From Thermoanaerobaculia bacterium (GTDB taxonomy: Bacteria > Acidobacteriota > Thermoanaerobaculia > Multivoradales > Multivoraceae): a stretch of 64,000 nucleotides of DNA. The stretch lies in NCBI GenBank assembly GCA_035546295.1, contig DATKBT010000052.1, forward strand, positions 36,032 to 100,031. Direction: 5' to 3'. The notes below the pieces were generated by a model. That model ran no database searches and was not told where the DNA came from. It saw only the letters and a program-made list of their open reading frames with translations. The translations under genes were made by a program, and so were the position numbers. Position 1 is the first letter of the stretch. Every line of letters starts with the position of its first letter. Shown here in pieces: positions 18,990 to 28,718 of this stretch.

Positions 18990-21134
18990 TCACGCGGCCT
19001 GCTCCGAGGCCCTCTTCTCGAACAGGGAGCGCCCTTCCATGTGGGCGGGCGGTCGGATGCCGAACAACTCGAGCGCGGTCGGTGCGATGTCGATCAGCGA
19101 CGGCTCCACCGCTTCGATCGGCCGGCTGCAGAAGAACACGCCCGGTACCAGCCGCGGATCGATGCAGTGGTCGCCGCTCCAGGCCTTGACGTTGTCCTCG
19201 AACAGCGGCGCAGAGACCACGCCGGTCGCGCAGTCCCACGAGGTCCGGTAGCCCGGGGCGTAGCCGATGATCAGATCCGGCGCGCTGCCTAGGTACGGCC
19301 CCGAGTACACGTCCTCGCTGGCGAAGGCCTCGTTGACGCCGACCGCCCCCGCCTCGTCGTCGCGCAGCCCGTTGAGGCCGGCGATGATCTCGGCCTTGAG
19401 CCTCTTCGCTTCGGCGCCCGGCTTGACGATGCCGTTGGCCTCGCGCCCCTCCAGGTTCAAGAACATGCCGGACAGCCCGAGCGCGTAGGCACGGGTCTTC
19501 GACCAGTCGACGCCGGTGAGCCACTCCTCGCTGCCATCGCTGTCCTGCTTCAACACCAGATAGCCGTTGTCGAGCAGCCACCGGTTGAGGTTCACCCCGC
19601 GGCGGAAGGAATCGAAGCCGTGGTCCGAGAGAACCATCAGCAGGTCGCCGTCGCGAAGCTTCGCCATCACGCGCCCGACCAAAGCGTCGTTGTGCTGGTA
19701 GTGCTCGACGATCGCGTCCTTGTGCTCGGGATCGACGATCCCGCGGGCGGCCGGGTGCCCCTCTTCGAGGTAGCGCCAGAACATGTGCTGGATGCGGTCG
19801 GTGGCGTCGAAGACGCAGACCAGGGCGCCGCGCCGCAGCTTCTCCAGCGCGGCGAAGAACATGCTCTCGCGCTCCCGATCGATGTCGTACGTCTGCTTCA
19901 GGAACGTGGCGTCGTCGGTGATCCCCTCGTTGAGCGCCCAGGTGTCCTCGGCGAGTCCGAGGGTCGAGTAGGGGCCCACCTTCTTGGTCAGGTAGGTCGA
20001 GTAGTAGCCCGGGTGGGAGATCGGCATGGCGGGCTTCTCAGGGCTCAGGTTGATCGGCGACAGGTAGAGCGAGAAGTGCTCGCCGATCTCGGTCACCTGA
20101 AGACGGCACATGCCGTGGACCTTGATCCCGGGCAGCGCCGCGAAGACCAGCGTCACCCAGTCCGACAGCTCACCTTCGCGCAGGACGAGGTGTTCGGCGC
20201 CGAGGTCGAGCCGCGCGGTCTTCGCCCGGCGGTCGAGCTCGATCGTCACCGGCAGGCGAAGCGGCTCGCCCGACTCGAGGAAGGTGTTCTCGGGTCCCTG
20301 GATGGTGGTGACGAAGCGGTCGGCGCTCGGCTCGCCGTCGAGGACGACGCGCAGGCCCCCCTCCTTGAATTTCTCGCTCGAGCGCCGAGTCGTGAAGAGC
20401 AGGAAGGTGCCCTGGGTGCCGAGGAGATCCGGGACGCACATCGCGGCGAGCTGGGCGCCGTAGAAGCGGTCCGGCGGGAAGGTGATCGGCACGCGCAGGA
20501 CCGTGCTCCAGATGTTGTGCTCGCCCAGGATGGTCCAGAAGGGCTTGGACTTGCGCAGGAGCCGGAGCTCCGGCTTCTGAAGCGGGATTCGGAACCTGCC
20601 GACCTTGAGGAAGCGGTCGAGGCGCCCGATGTGAGTCGAGGAGAGCTTCGGCAGGTAAGTGCGCAGGTCGCGGTCGAGGAAGTCGAAGATGTTGTGCTTC
20701 GCGGGATTGGTGCCGGTGCTGAATGACGACCAGGCGACCGGAGAGAGCGCCGGGTAGGTGGTGAGGATGCGGGCGTAGGAGCCGGTCGTGGCCAGCTTCT
20801 GGAAGTTGGGCAGCTTGCCTTCGGCCATCAGGCGGTCGGTGATTCGGGGATCCTGGCCGTCGAGCCCCACGACCACGAGCCGCTGGATCGACGCCTTGGG
20901 CGTCTTGGCGCGCCGCATCGCGCGAATCAGGGTCCGAAACGGCCAGATCATCAGCGAGCCGAGCGCGATGACGATGGTGCTGAACAGCACCATGAAGGAC
21001 GACAGCAGCGCGAAGCCCGCCCCGGGTCCGATATAGGCCCCGGCGGGGGCTGCCAGGGAGGCGGCGACTCCGACGGCAGCCGCCACCGCGAGGGTGAAAG
21101 GAAGGCGGCGGCTGGTGCTGGCTGGCGGACGCAT
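18990..21134 (-). CDS. Membrane-anchored alkaline-phosphatase-superfamily enzyme (type I phosphodiesterase/nucleotide pyrophosphatase family)
   Basis: N-terminal TM helix, then VVVGLDGQD...TYPALSPVAWSSFSTGTNPAKHNIFDF and C-terminal LMVLSDHGF metal-ligand motifs. Confidence 0.75.
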   Translation of the reverse strand: MRPPASTSRRLPFTLAVAAAVGVAASLAAPAGAYIGPGAGFALLSSFMVLFSTIVIALGSLMIWPFRTLIRAMRRAKTPKASIQRLVVVGLDGQDPRITDRLMAEGKLPNFQKLATTGSYARILTTYPALSPVAWSSFSTGTNPAKHNIFDFLDRDLRTYLPKLSSTHIGRLDRFLKVGRFRIPLQKPELRLLRKSKPFWTILGEHNIWSTVLRVPITFPPDRFYGAQLAAMCVPDLLGTQGTFLLFTTRRSSEKFKEGGLRVVLDGEPSADRFVTTIQGPENTFLESGEPLRLPVTIELDRRAKTARLDLGAEHLVLREGELSDWVTLVFAALPGIKVHGMCRLQVTEIGEHFSLYLSPINLSPEKPAMPISHPGYYSTYLTKKVGPYSTLGLAEDTWALNEGITDDATFLKQTYDIDRERESMFFAALEKLRRGALVCVFDATDRIQHMFWRYLEEGHPAARGIVDPEHKDAIVEHYQHNDALVGRVMAKLRDGDLLMVLSDHGFDSFRRGVNLNRWLLDNGYLVLKQDSDGSEEWLTGVDWSKTRAYALGLSGMFLNLEGREANGIVKPGAEAKRLKAEIIAGLNGLRDDEAGAVGVNEAFASEDVYSGPYLGSAPDLIIGYAPGYRTSWDCATGVVSAPLFEDNVKAWSGDHCIDPRLVPGVFFCSRPIEAVEPSLIDIAPTALELFGIRPPAHMEGRSLFEKRASEQAA

Positions 21135-21585
21135 CGGCAGGGATCCTTCCGGCTTCGAGATGCTCCCGCTCGTCGAGAGCCGAGCTGGAGGGAGCGTTGG
21201 AGCGCGACGGTGCGAACCCGAGCGCGTTCCGGTGCTGGCCGTTCGGCCAGTTGCGGGATGGGCAGTGTACGGGGAGGGTGGAGGCCAGTTCAAGGCGGCC
21301 GCCCCGTCGGCGCCGGCCTCCGTTTCTCGACGGAAGGCCGTCTTGCTCGCGAGTCCACCCGTCGCTATCGTAGCGCGACTGTCCGCTTGCCGGTTGCGAT
21401 CGGCAGCGATCCGACCTGCGATCGTCGGCGCCGAGCGCGCAGCGCGCTGAAAGGCGGCCGCCGTCCCGCCTGAGTCGACGAGTCCAGCGGAAGCTCACAG
21501 AATGGTCAAGGTCCGATCAGGTCGCTCCAGATGAGCTGGAATCCAGGGTTGAGCCGAGTCGGCCCGAACCCGCCAGGTTGACTCG

Positions 21586-22206
21586 ATGCAAGGAATCTCC
21601 AAGCTCTGGCGGCGCTTGCGCTATGGCGAGCCGGTGGTCGTGATCTCGGGCCTGCCGCGCTCGGGCACGTCGATGGCCATGAAGATGCTCGAGGCCGGCG
21701 GCCTGCGGCTGGTCAGCGACGGCCAGCGCGAGGCCGACGTGGACAACCCGAAGGGCTACTACGAGGACGAGCGGGTCAAGGGTCTCGAGCGCTCGAGCGA
21801 CCGCGCCTGGGTCCGCGATGCGCGGGGCAAGGGGATCAAGGTCATCTCCCGCCTGCTGCGATCCCTGCCGGCCGAGAACTTCTACCAGGTGGTCCTGATG
21901 CGCCGCGACCTCACCGAGGTGCTGGCCTCGCAGGCCAAGATGCTCGAGCGACGCGGCGAGGACGGGGGTTCGGACGACGAGCGCATGCGCAAGGTCCTCG
22001 AGAAGGACCTCTGGCAGGCGACCTATCACCTGAAGCGGGCGCCCAACTTCGAGTGGCTCGAGCTCCAGTACACCGAGGTCCTGGCGGATCCCGAGGGGCA
22101 GGCCCGGCGGATGGCCGCCTTCCTCGACTGCGCGCTCGACGTCGAGAAGATGGCGACCGTGGTCGATCCGGACCTGTATCGCAACCGGGCCGTCGCCGAG
22201 GCCTAG
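21586..22206 (+). CDS. Sulfotransferase family protein
   Basis: 5-prime-PSB loop VVVISGLPRSGTSMAMKML and 3-prime-PB region RLLRSLP. 206 aa. Confidence 0.7.
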   Translation: MQGISKLWRRLRYGEPVVVISGLPRSGTSMAMKMLEAGGLRLVSDGQREADVDNPKGYYEDERVKGLERSSDRAWVRDARGKGIKVISRLLRSLPAENFYQVVLMRRDLTEVLASQAKMLERRGEDGGSDDERMRKVLEKDLWQATYHLKRAPNFEWLELQYTEVLADPEGQARRMAAFLDCALDVEKMATVVDPDLYRNRAVAEA

Positions 22207-22476
22207 CGGGCTCGTGGTGATCACCACTCCCCAAACGAGCCGCGAGATCGCAGCGCGGTCATACCACGACCCCGCTAGCCCATGTTCCCCGCCCAAGCGC
22301 CGCAAGCGGCGCGGGCTCAGGTCGACTAGGCCTGAAGCCGCTGATTCCAGATCGTTTGGGTGCGGCTTGATCGAACATTGACCGTTTGTGAGCCTTGGTC
22401 TCGCGCTTGCGCGAGGCCAATGACCGCCGCCTGCCGCAGGCAGGCAAGAACTTTCCGCTGGCCTAGTCGACCTAGG
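22202..22476 (-). repeat. Copy A of a structured intergenic repeat (minus orientation), with a 60-nt hairpin insertion
   Basis: Reverse complement aligns at ~85-90% identity to 56911..57131. Begins on the sulfotransferase stop codon and ends 8 nt before the next start. Confidence 0.6.
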
Positions 22477-22483
22477 AGGAGTC

Positions 22484-23554
22484 TTGGAAGGAGTCGCGGC
22501 CGAGGCGCGGGCCGCGATCGCGGCCGCGCCGGCGTTCCGGCCGCCGCCCTGGCTGCGGGGCGCGCACGGCCAGACGGTCTGGAGCCCGCTATTCCGGCCG
22601 CGTCGTCGGCTTGCGTTCGAGCTCGAGCGCCTGCCCACTCCCGACCGAGACTTCGTTCGCCTCCACCATCTTTCGGAACCCGCGCTCGCGGAACCCGTTC
22701 CCAGGCTTTCGGAACCCGTTCCAAAGCCGTGCAGGCGACGAGCCGCGGGATGGGAGCGGCCGCGCCTGGTGATCCTTCATGGACTCGAGGGCTCAGCGCG
22801 CTCGAACTACGTGGGAGGTCTGGCGGAAAAGGCGATCGCGCAGGGGATGTCGGTCACCGCGATGGAGTTCCGCTCCTGCGGCGGCGAGCTCAATCGTGCA
22901 CGCCGCCTGTACCACCTCGGCGAGACCGAGGACCTCGAGCACGTGCTCTCGGTGCTGGTCCGGCGCGAGCCGGGGCGCCCGATCCTCCTGGCCGGCGTCT
23001 CGCTCGGCGCCAACGTCATCGTCAAGTGGCTCGGCGAGCGGGGCGAGGTCGCGCCGCCGGAAATGGCGGGAGCCGCCGTCATCTCGGCGCCCTTCGACCT
23101 CACGGTCAGCGGCCCGGTGCTGGACCGCGTCCTGGGCGGGCTCTACACCCGGCGCTTCCTGCGCACACTGGTTCCCAAGGCGCTCGCCAAGGAGCGTCAG
23201 TTTCCAGGGTCGATCGACCTGGAGCGCGTAGCGCGAGCACGCACGTTCGTCGAGTTCGATACCCACGCCACCGCCCGCTTCCACGGATTTCGCGACGCCT
23301 GGGACTACTGGCGGCGGTGCAGCAGCGGGCCCTTCCTGGAGACGGTCCGGCGGCCGCTGTTGCTGATCTCGTCGGCGGACGACCCGTTCAACCCGACCGA
23401 GACCCTCCCGCGCGGCATCGCGCGACGCAACCCGTGGGTGCTCGAGAGCTTCACCGAGAGGGGCGGACACGTCGGCTTCGTCGAAGGGGCGCCGTGGCGA
23501 ACGCGGCACTGGGCGGAGGAGCGGGCGATACGATTCCTGTCGCTCCTGGCCTGA
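22484..23554 (+). CDS. Alpha/beta hydrolase (YheT/ABHD1-3-like)
   Basis: RPRLVILHGLEGSARSNYV, nucleophile elbow GVSLGAN, C-terminal DDPF. Carries an in-frame insertion of tandem TTCGGAACCCG-like repeats. Confidence 0.75.
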   Translation: MEGVAAEARAAIAAAPAFRPPPWLRGAHGQTVWSPLFRPRRRLAFELERLPTPDRDFVRLHHLSEPALAEPVPRLSEPVPKPCRRRAAGWERPRLVILHGLEGSARSNYVGGLAEKAIAQGMSVTAMEFRSCGGELNRARRLYHLGETEDLEHVLSVLVRREPGRPILLAGVSLGANVIVKWLGERGEVAPPEMAGAAVISAPFDLTVSGPVLDRVLGGLYTRRFLRTLVPKALAKERQFPGSIDLERVARARTFVEFDTHATARFHGFRDAWDYWRRCSSGPFLETVRRPLLLISSADDPFNPTETLPRGIARRNPWVLESFTERGGHVGFVEGAPWRTRHWAEERAIRFLSLLA

Positions 23555-23776
23555 TCCCGCTCCTCGCTGCCTGGGTGCCCTCGCGGGATCGGCGGTCGTC
23601 GAGAGCGCGCCGCAGCGATCTCAGGAGCGCCGTCTTCCCCGCCGTCGGTCGCGACCACAACCGCCGGCAAGGGCGTCCCGAAAGCCCGGTCGGCGCCTCT
23701 GATAGCTTCGCGGTCCTTCTCCCTCGGGCGACCGAGGACCGACTCGACGCTTCCCCGGAATCCCGGAGACCGACTG

Positions 23777-24880
23777 ATGACCACCGCCGAGAACCTCCTC
23801 GAGGGCAAGGTGGCGGACGCCCGCGCTCGGCTCGACGAGCACGTGCGCGAGATCGTGGCCTGGCACTTCGACCCGAGCACCGGCACGCCTTTCTGGCTGG
23901 AGTACGCCGACCGGCTCGACTTCGATCCCTGCGCCGACGTCCGATCCTTCGACGACCTCAAACGCTTCCCGCCCTTCCAGGACGAGTGGCTGCGCGGCGG
24001 TCCGGTGCGGCGCTGGGTGCCGAAGGCGTTCGCCGACCGGCCGATCTACGTGTTCGAGACCGGCGGCACCACCGGCATCCCGAAGAGCCGCATCGCGATC
24101 GAGGACTTCCGGATCGACTACGAGATGTTCAGCGAGACGCTCCCCGAGCAGTACTTCCCGAAGGGCGGCAACTGGCTGATGCTGGGGCCGTCGGGTCCGC
24201 GGCGGCTGCGCCTCGCCGTCGAGCACCTGTGCCAGCACCGCGGCGGGATCTGCTTTTGCGTCGACCTCGATCCGCGCTGGGTCATCAAGCTGATCCAAAA
24301 GGGCTGGACCGAGCACCTCGAGGCCTACAAGCGCCACGTGGTCGACCAGGCGATCACCATCCTCTCTGCGGGACACGACATCAAGGCGATGTTCGCGACA
24401 CCGAAGCTGCTCGAGGCGCTGTGCTTCGCGCTCGAGGAGCAGGGCAGGACGCTGGCCGGGTGCGGGGTCCTCGGGATCTTCTCGGGGGGCACCGAGTTCA
24501 CGCCGCAGTGGACGCGTTTCGCGGTCGAGGAGCTGCTCGACGGCGTCTACATGACACCGACCTACGGCAACACGCTGATGGGTCTCGCCGCCTCCAAGCG
24601 GGTGAGCGCGGAGGAGGGGTATAAGATCAGCTACTACGCGCCGCAGCCGCGCGCCGTGCTCGAGGTGGTCGATCCAGAGGATCCCGACCGTCTCGTCGGC
24701 TACGGCGAGACCGGCCGGGTCCGGCTCACCACTCTGACCAGAGAGCTCTTCGTCCCCGGTTTCCTCGAGCGCGACGAGGGCGAGCGCGAGCCCCCCTACG
24801 AGACCTATCCCTGGGACGGCATCAGCGGCGTTCGCCCCTTCCACCAGCTCGCGGCGACGACGACGGTCGGCGTCTACTGA
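23777..24880 (+). CDS. LuxE-like acyl-protein synthetase (adenylate-forming enzyme)
   Basis: 367 aa; phosphate-binding loop YVFETGGTTGIPKS; size and layout of the LuxE family. Confidence 0.6.
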   Translation: MTTAENLLEGKVADARARLDEHVREIVAWHFDPSTGTPFWLEYADRLDFDPCADVRSFDDLKRFPPFQDEWLRGGPVRRWVPKAFADRPIYVFETGGTTGIPKSRIAIEDFRIDYEMFSETLPEQYFPKGGNWLMLGPSGPRRLRLAVEHLCQHRGGICFCVDLDPRWVIKLIQKGWTEHLEAYKRHVVDQAITILSAGHDIKAMFATPKLLEALCFALEEQGRTLAGCGVLGIFSGGTEFTPQWTRFAVEELLDGVYMTPTYGNTLMGLAASKRVSAEEGYKISYYAPQPRAVLEVVDPEDPDRLVGYGETGRVRLTTLTRELFVPGFLERDEGEREPPYETYPWDGISGVRPFHQLAATTTVGVY

Positions 24881-25009
24881 GGAAGGTGTGGTGGCTGCCA
24901 CACCTTCCTCGGTTGGTGTTCTCCTCGCTCCATGGACTCCGGCGCGTCGCCGGGGAACCGCCGGCGAGCCGTACCGCACGTTCTGACAGGTTCCACGCCA
25001 GGAGCATCG

Positions 25010-26443
25010 ATGATGCGCATTCCCGTACTTCGTTGGGGCAAGCCGTACGAATCGCTCGAGACCGACACGGTCGTCCACTTCGAGACCGGCGAGGAGCTCG
25101 CGGTGGTCGATCAGGCCAACCCGGGCCTCATCCAGCGCGACCTGCGAAGGATCTCTCTCGCGCGCGAAGCTTTGCGCGCGATCCCGAGCCGGGAGCTGAT
25201 CGGGATGGTCAGAGCGGCCGCCGATCTCTACATGTCGGCCGAGCTGCCGATGGGCGACGGCGTGCAACGTCCCGAGGACTTCGTTCGCATCCAGTCGGCG
25301 ACCACCGGCCTGCCGGAGCACATGTGCCGCGCCAACATGGAGAAGAACCACTTCGTGCTCACCCGCATGGACGAGGTGCTCGATGCGCTGACCCGCGGCC
25401 TCGACCTCGGGATCCTGGGGCGCGGCTACGGCGTCGAGGAGCGCGGCGTGCCGGTGAGCTACCAGGCGCAGGCCGCCGCGCTCGGCCTGGTGCTCCCCTC
25501 GAACTCGCCGGGGGTGCACACTCTGTGGATGCCGGTCATTCCGCTACAGGTCGGACTGGTGTTCAAGCCGGGTCCGCAGGAGCCATGGACCCCCTACCGG
25601 ATGACCGAGGCGTTCTACGCGGCGGGCGTGCCACGCGAGGCGATCTCGATCTATCCGGGGGGCGCCGAGGCGGGAGCCGCGGTGCTCGCCGCCAGCCCGA
25701 GGGCGCTGATCTTCGGCGGCAAGGAGACCGTCGACCGCTATCGCGGGAACCCCCGGGTCCAGCCGCACGGGCCGGGCTTCTCGAAGATCCTGCTCGGCGA
25801 CGACTGCGTCGACGAGTGGGAGCACTGGCTCGACGTGATGGTGTCGAGCGTCGCCGTCAACAGCGGCCGCTCGTGCATCAGCTGCTCGGGGATCTGGGCC
25901 TCCCGTCATACCCGCGAGATCGCCGAGGCGGTCGCCGAGCGCCTGGCCCCCATCGCGCCGAAGCCGATGACCGATCCCGACAGCCCACTGGCCGCGTTTA
26001 CGGTCCCCGGAGTGGCCAGGACGATCTCGGGCATGATCGACCGTCAGCTCGAGGCGCCCGGGGTCGAGGACGTCACCCAGCGGCTGCGCGGCGGGGAGTC
26101 GCGGCTGGTCGAGCGGGAGCGCTGCGATTTCCTGCGGCCGACGGTCGTGCACAGTGTGTCCCCCGAGCCCGAGATCGCCAACGTCGAGTACATGTTCCCG
26201 TTCGTCTCGGTCGTCGAGTGCCCGCAGGATCGCATGATCGACTCGATCGGCGATACCTTGGTGTGCAGCGCGATCACCTCCGATCCCGGCTTTCGCGCGC
26301 GGCTGATCGACGCGACGAACGTCGATCGGCTCAACCTGGGACCGGTGCCGACGATCCAGCTCAACTGGCTGCAGCCCCACGAAGGGAACATCATCGATTT
26401 CCTGTTCCGCGCCCGAGCCTTCCAGGAGAGCCCGATCGCATAG
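25010..26443 (+). CDS. LuxC-like acyl-CoA reductase (aldehyde dehydrogenase superfamily)
   Basis: 478 aa from the internal ATG of ORF 24932..26443. ALDH-like fold with SGRSCISCSGIW catalytic-Cys region. Immediately follows the LuxE-like gene. Confidence 0.65.
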   Translation: MMRIPVLRWGKPYESLETDTVVHFETGEELAVVDQANPGLIQRDLRRISLAREALRAIPSRELIGMVRAAADLYMSAELPMGDGVQRPEDFVRIQSATTGLPEHMCRANMEKNHFVLTRMDEVLDALTRGLDLGILGRGYGVEERGVPVSYQAQAAALGLVLPSNSPGVHTLWMPVIPLQVGLVFKPGPQEPWTPYRMTEAFYAAGVPREAISIYPGGAEAGAAVLAASPRALIFGGKETVDRYRGNPRVQPHGPGFSKILLGDDCVDEWEHWLDVMVSSVAVNSGRSCISCSGIWASRHTREIAEAVAERLAPIAPKPMTDPDSPLAAFTVPGVARTISGMIDRQLEAPGVEDVTQRLRGGESRLVERERCDFLRPTVVHSVSPEPEIANVEYMFPFVSVVECPQDRMIDSIGDTLVCSAITSDPGFRARLIDATNVDRLNLGPVPTIQLNWLQPHEGNIIDFLFRARAFQESPIA

Positions 26444-26605
26444 CCTCGAATGTGCTGGTCACCAACCATCCAGAGGCCAGCGATTGCTTCACGGTCCTGT
26501 CGGGAAGTCTCGCGGTCGACGTGAACGCGGAGTCGGCGGATGCCAGGATCGCGGCCGGCGAGGCGGTCGTGCGGTTTTGGCGTCCGTATGCTATCGTCTC
26601 ATACC

Positions 26606-27691
26606 ATGAGGGGCATCCTGCTGCTCGGCGCGATCGCCGGGTTGGCGCTCTCGGCCGTTTCGCCGGCGGAGGCGCAACGGGGCCGGTGGTCCCGGCTCGA
26701 GATCCCTGATCTCGGCTCGACGGTGGATGTCTACCTGCCACGTGGCGCGGGGCTCGAGGCGAGCGCCGCGGCCGGCGAGGGAGCCAGCGCGGTCGTCTTC
26801 CTGCACTCCTCGGGCCGCGCCCCCGAAACGTATCGCAGCACGCTCGGCGAGGCGGCCGAGAGCCTGGGTGTGGTGCTCTTGCTGCCTCGGTCGACCACGC
26901 CGTTCGGATGGGGCTTCGAGGACGACTTCGCGCTGGTCGAGTCGAGCGTCGCGCGAGTGGGCTCCATCGTTTCGCTCGATCGCGCGAAGATCGCGATCGC
27001 CGGGCACGGCGACGGCGCCGGCTACGCCTACCTGTTGGCCTACTTCAGCGACTTGGAGCTGAGCGCGGTGCTGACGCTGGGAGCGCCGTTCCTCCAGATC
27101 TCGGAGCTGTTCGAGCCCGAGAGCCCGCCTCCCATCCGCATGATCTACGGCGCCGAGGATCCCTTCTACCGCAGCGAGGGAGGGCATCTGCGCGAGCAGT
27201 GGAGCAGCCTCGGGATCGAGTGGCAGCTCGACGTCCTCCCCGGCTTCGGGCATTCGACCTGGCCGCAGGAGGCGATCCTCACGGGCTTCAGGTTTCTGGC
27301 CGAGCGCAGCGGGCGCTCACCGAGTGGACGCTGCTCGACCGGCCGGACTGCGCTCTGCCTCGCCGAAGGCCGCTTTCGCGCCGAGGTCACCTTCGCCGAC
27401 GTCGAGGGGCGTCCCGGCCGAGGCAGGGTGATCAACGGCGACACGCCCGACTCCGGGATCTTCTGGTTCTTCGACAGCGACAACTGGGAGGTCATGGTCA
27501 AGGTCCTGGACGGATGCGCCATCAACGATCGCTTCTGGGTCTTCGCGGCGGCCTCGACCGATGTCGACTATCGCCTGACGGTGACCGACCAGGTCACCGG
27601 TCGGGTCGTGCAGTATCGGCACGAGCCGGGAGCGCCGGCGCGAGCGGTCACCGACGTCGAGGCCTTCCCGGGTTGCCGGAAGGCCTCGTGA
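26606..27691 (+). CDS. Secreted alpha/beta-hydrolase esterase with C-terminal extra domain
   Basis: Signal peptide MRGILLLGAIAGLALSAVSPAEA, VVFLHSSG oxyanion region, IAIAGHGDGAGYA nucleophile-elbow-like. Confidence 0.6.
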   Translation: MRGILLLGAIAGLALSAVSPAEAQRGRWSRLEIPDLGSTVDVYLPRGAGLEASAAAGEGASAVVFLHSSGRAPETYRSTLGEAAESLGVVLLLPRSTTPFGWGFEDDFALVESSVARVGSIVSLDRAKIAIAGHGDGAGYAYLLAYFSDLELSAVLTLGAPFLQISELFEPESPPPIRMIYGAEDPFYRSEGGHLREQWSSLGIEWQLDVLPGFGHSTWPQEAILTGFRFLAERSGRSPSGRCSTGRTALCLAEGRFRAEVTFADVEGRPGRGRVINGDTPDSGIFWFFDSDNWEVMVKVLDGCAINDRFWVFAAASTDVDYRLTVTDQVTGRVVQYRHEPGAPARAVTDVEAFPGCRKAS

Positions 27692-27816
27692 GCGGCGTCC
27701 GGGGCCCGGCCCCTTGCGCGCGGCCTGCGGCCGCGCACGCGTCTGCCGTCGCGGACGCTGGAGGTGCGGCGTCGTCCCGGCCGAGGGACTCGACGTCGTT
27801 CACCCCATAGAATCCG

Positions 27817-28686
27817 GTGGTGGTCTCCACCGACTCCGACACCGGCGCGCCCGGCGGGAACCACCGCCCCTTCGAGCTGCGCGAGCTCGACAGCCGCTCC
27901 GACTACGAGCAGTGTCTGGAGCTCCAGCAGGCGACCTGGGGGCGCGATTTCCGCGAGCTCGTGCCGCCCACGATCCTGGCGATCACGCAGAAGGTCGGCG
28001 GGGTGCTGGCGGGCGCGCTCACTCCGGACGGCGAGCTCCTGGGCTTCGTCTACGGTCTCACGGGGGTGCGCAAGGGGGAGCTGGCGCATTGGTCGCACAT
28101 GCTCGCAGTGCGCGACCAGGCGCGCGGCCTGGGCCTCGGCAAGCAGCTCAAGATGTTGCAGCGGCAGCGCCTGGTCGAGCTCGGCTGCGAGGTCATGTAC
28201 TGGACCTTCGACCCCCTCGTCGCCCGCAATGCCAACCTCAACCTCGGCCGGCTCGGCGCTCTGCCGTCCGAGTACGTGGTGGACATGTACGGCACGCAGA
28301 CCGGGAGCGATCTCCACTCCGGGCTGGGCACCGACCGGTTCGTGGTGGAGTGGCGGTTCGCGGATCCCGACGTCGCGAGACGCCTCGAAACGGGAATCCG
28401 CTGGACGTCGCCGGCCCCCGCGGAGGGGGCGGTCGTGATCGGGCCCGGCGAGGATGCCGAAGCGCAGGTCGCCGGGCTCGATCGTGACCGACCGCCGGCC
28501 TTCTGGATCAGCGTCCCGCCGGACGTCGATCGGCTGAAGCGCGAGAATCGCGAGGAAGGCCTCAGGTGGCGCGACGCGATGCGCTACGCGATGGTGTGGG
28601 CCTTCGGCCACGGCTACCGGGTCGCGGGACTCGCCGGCGACCTGCGCGCCGAGTCGGGGGTGTGGTACCACCTCGAGCGCGCGTGA
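27817..28686 (+). CDS. GNAT-family acyltransferase, ~289 aa
   Basis: Acyl-CoA binding-like region QARGLGLGKQLKMLQRQRLVELGCEVMYWTFDP. Confidence 0.5.
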   Translation: MVVSTDSDTGAPGGNHRPFELRELDSRSDYEQCLELQQATWGRDFRELVPPTILAITQKVGGVLAGALTPDGELLGFVYGLTGVRKGELAHWSHMLAVRDQARGLGLGKQLKMLQRQRLVELGCEVMYWTFDPLVARNANLNLGRLGALPSEYVVDMYGTQTGSDLHSGLGTDRFVVEWRFADPDVARRLETGIRWTSPAPAEGAVVIGPGEDAEAQVAGLDRDRPPAFWISVPPDVDRLKRENREEGLRWRDAMRYAMVWAFGHGYRVAGLAGDLRAESGVWYHLERA

Positions 28687-28718
28687 GAGCTCGTCATGTG
28701 GGAGGCGGCCCCTTCCGG

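Noticed and set aside
21517-22638. 373-aa minus-strand ORF and its look-alike plus-strand ORF 56817..57632 sharing a similar peptide segment
   Set aside because: The shared peptide is just the translation of the repeated intergenic element. The remainder is antisense to the sulfotransferase gene or non-coding. Not a conserved protein.
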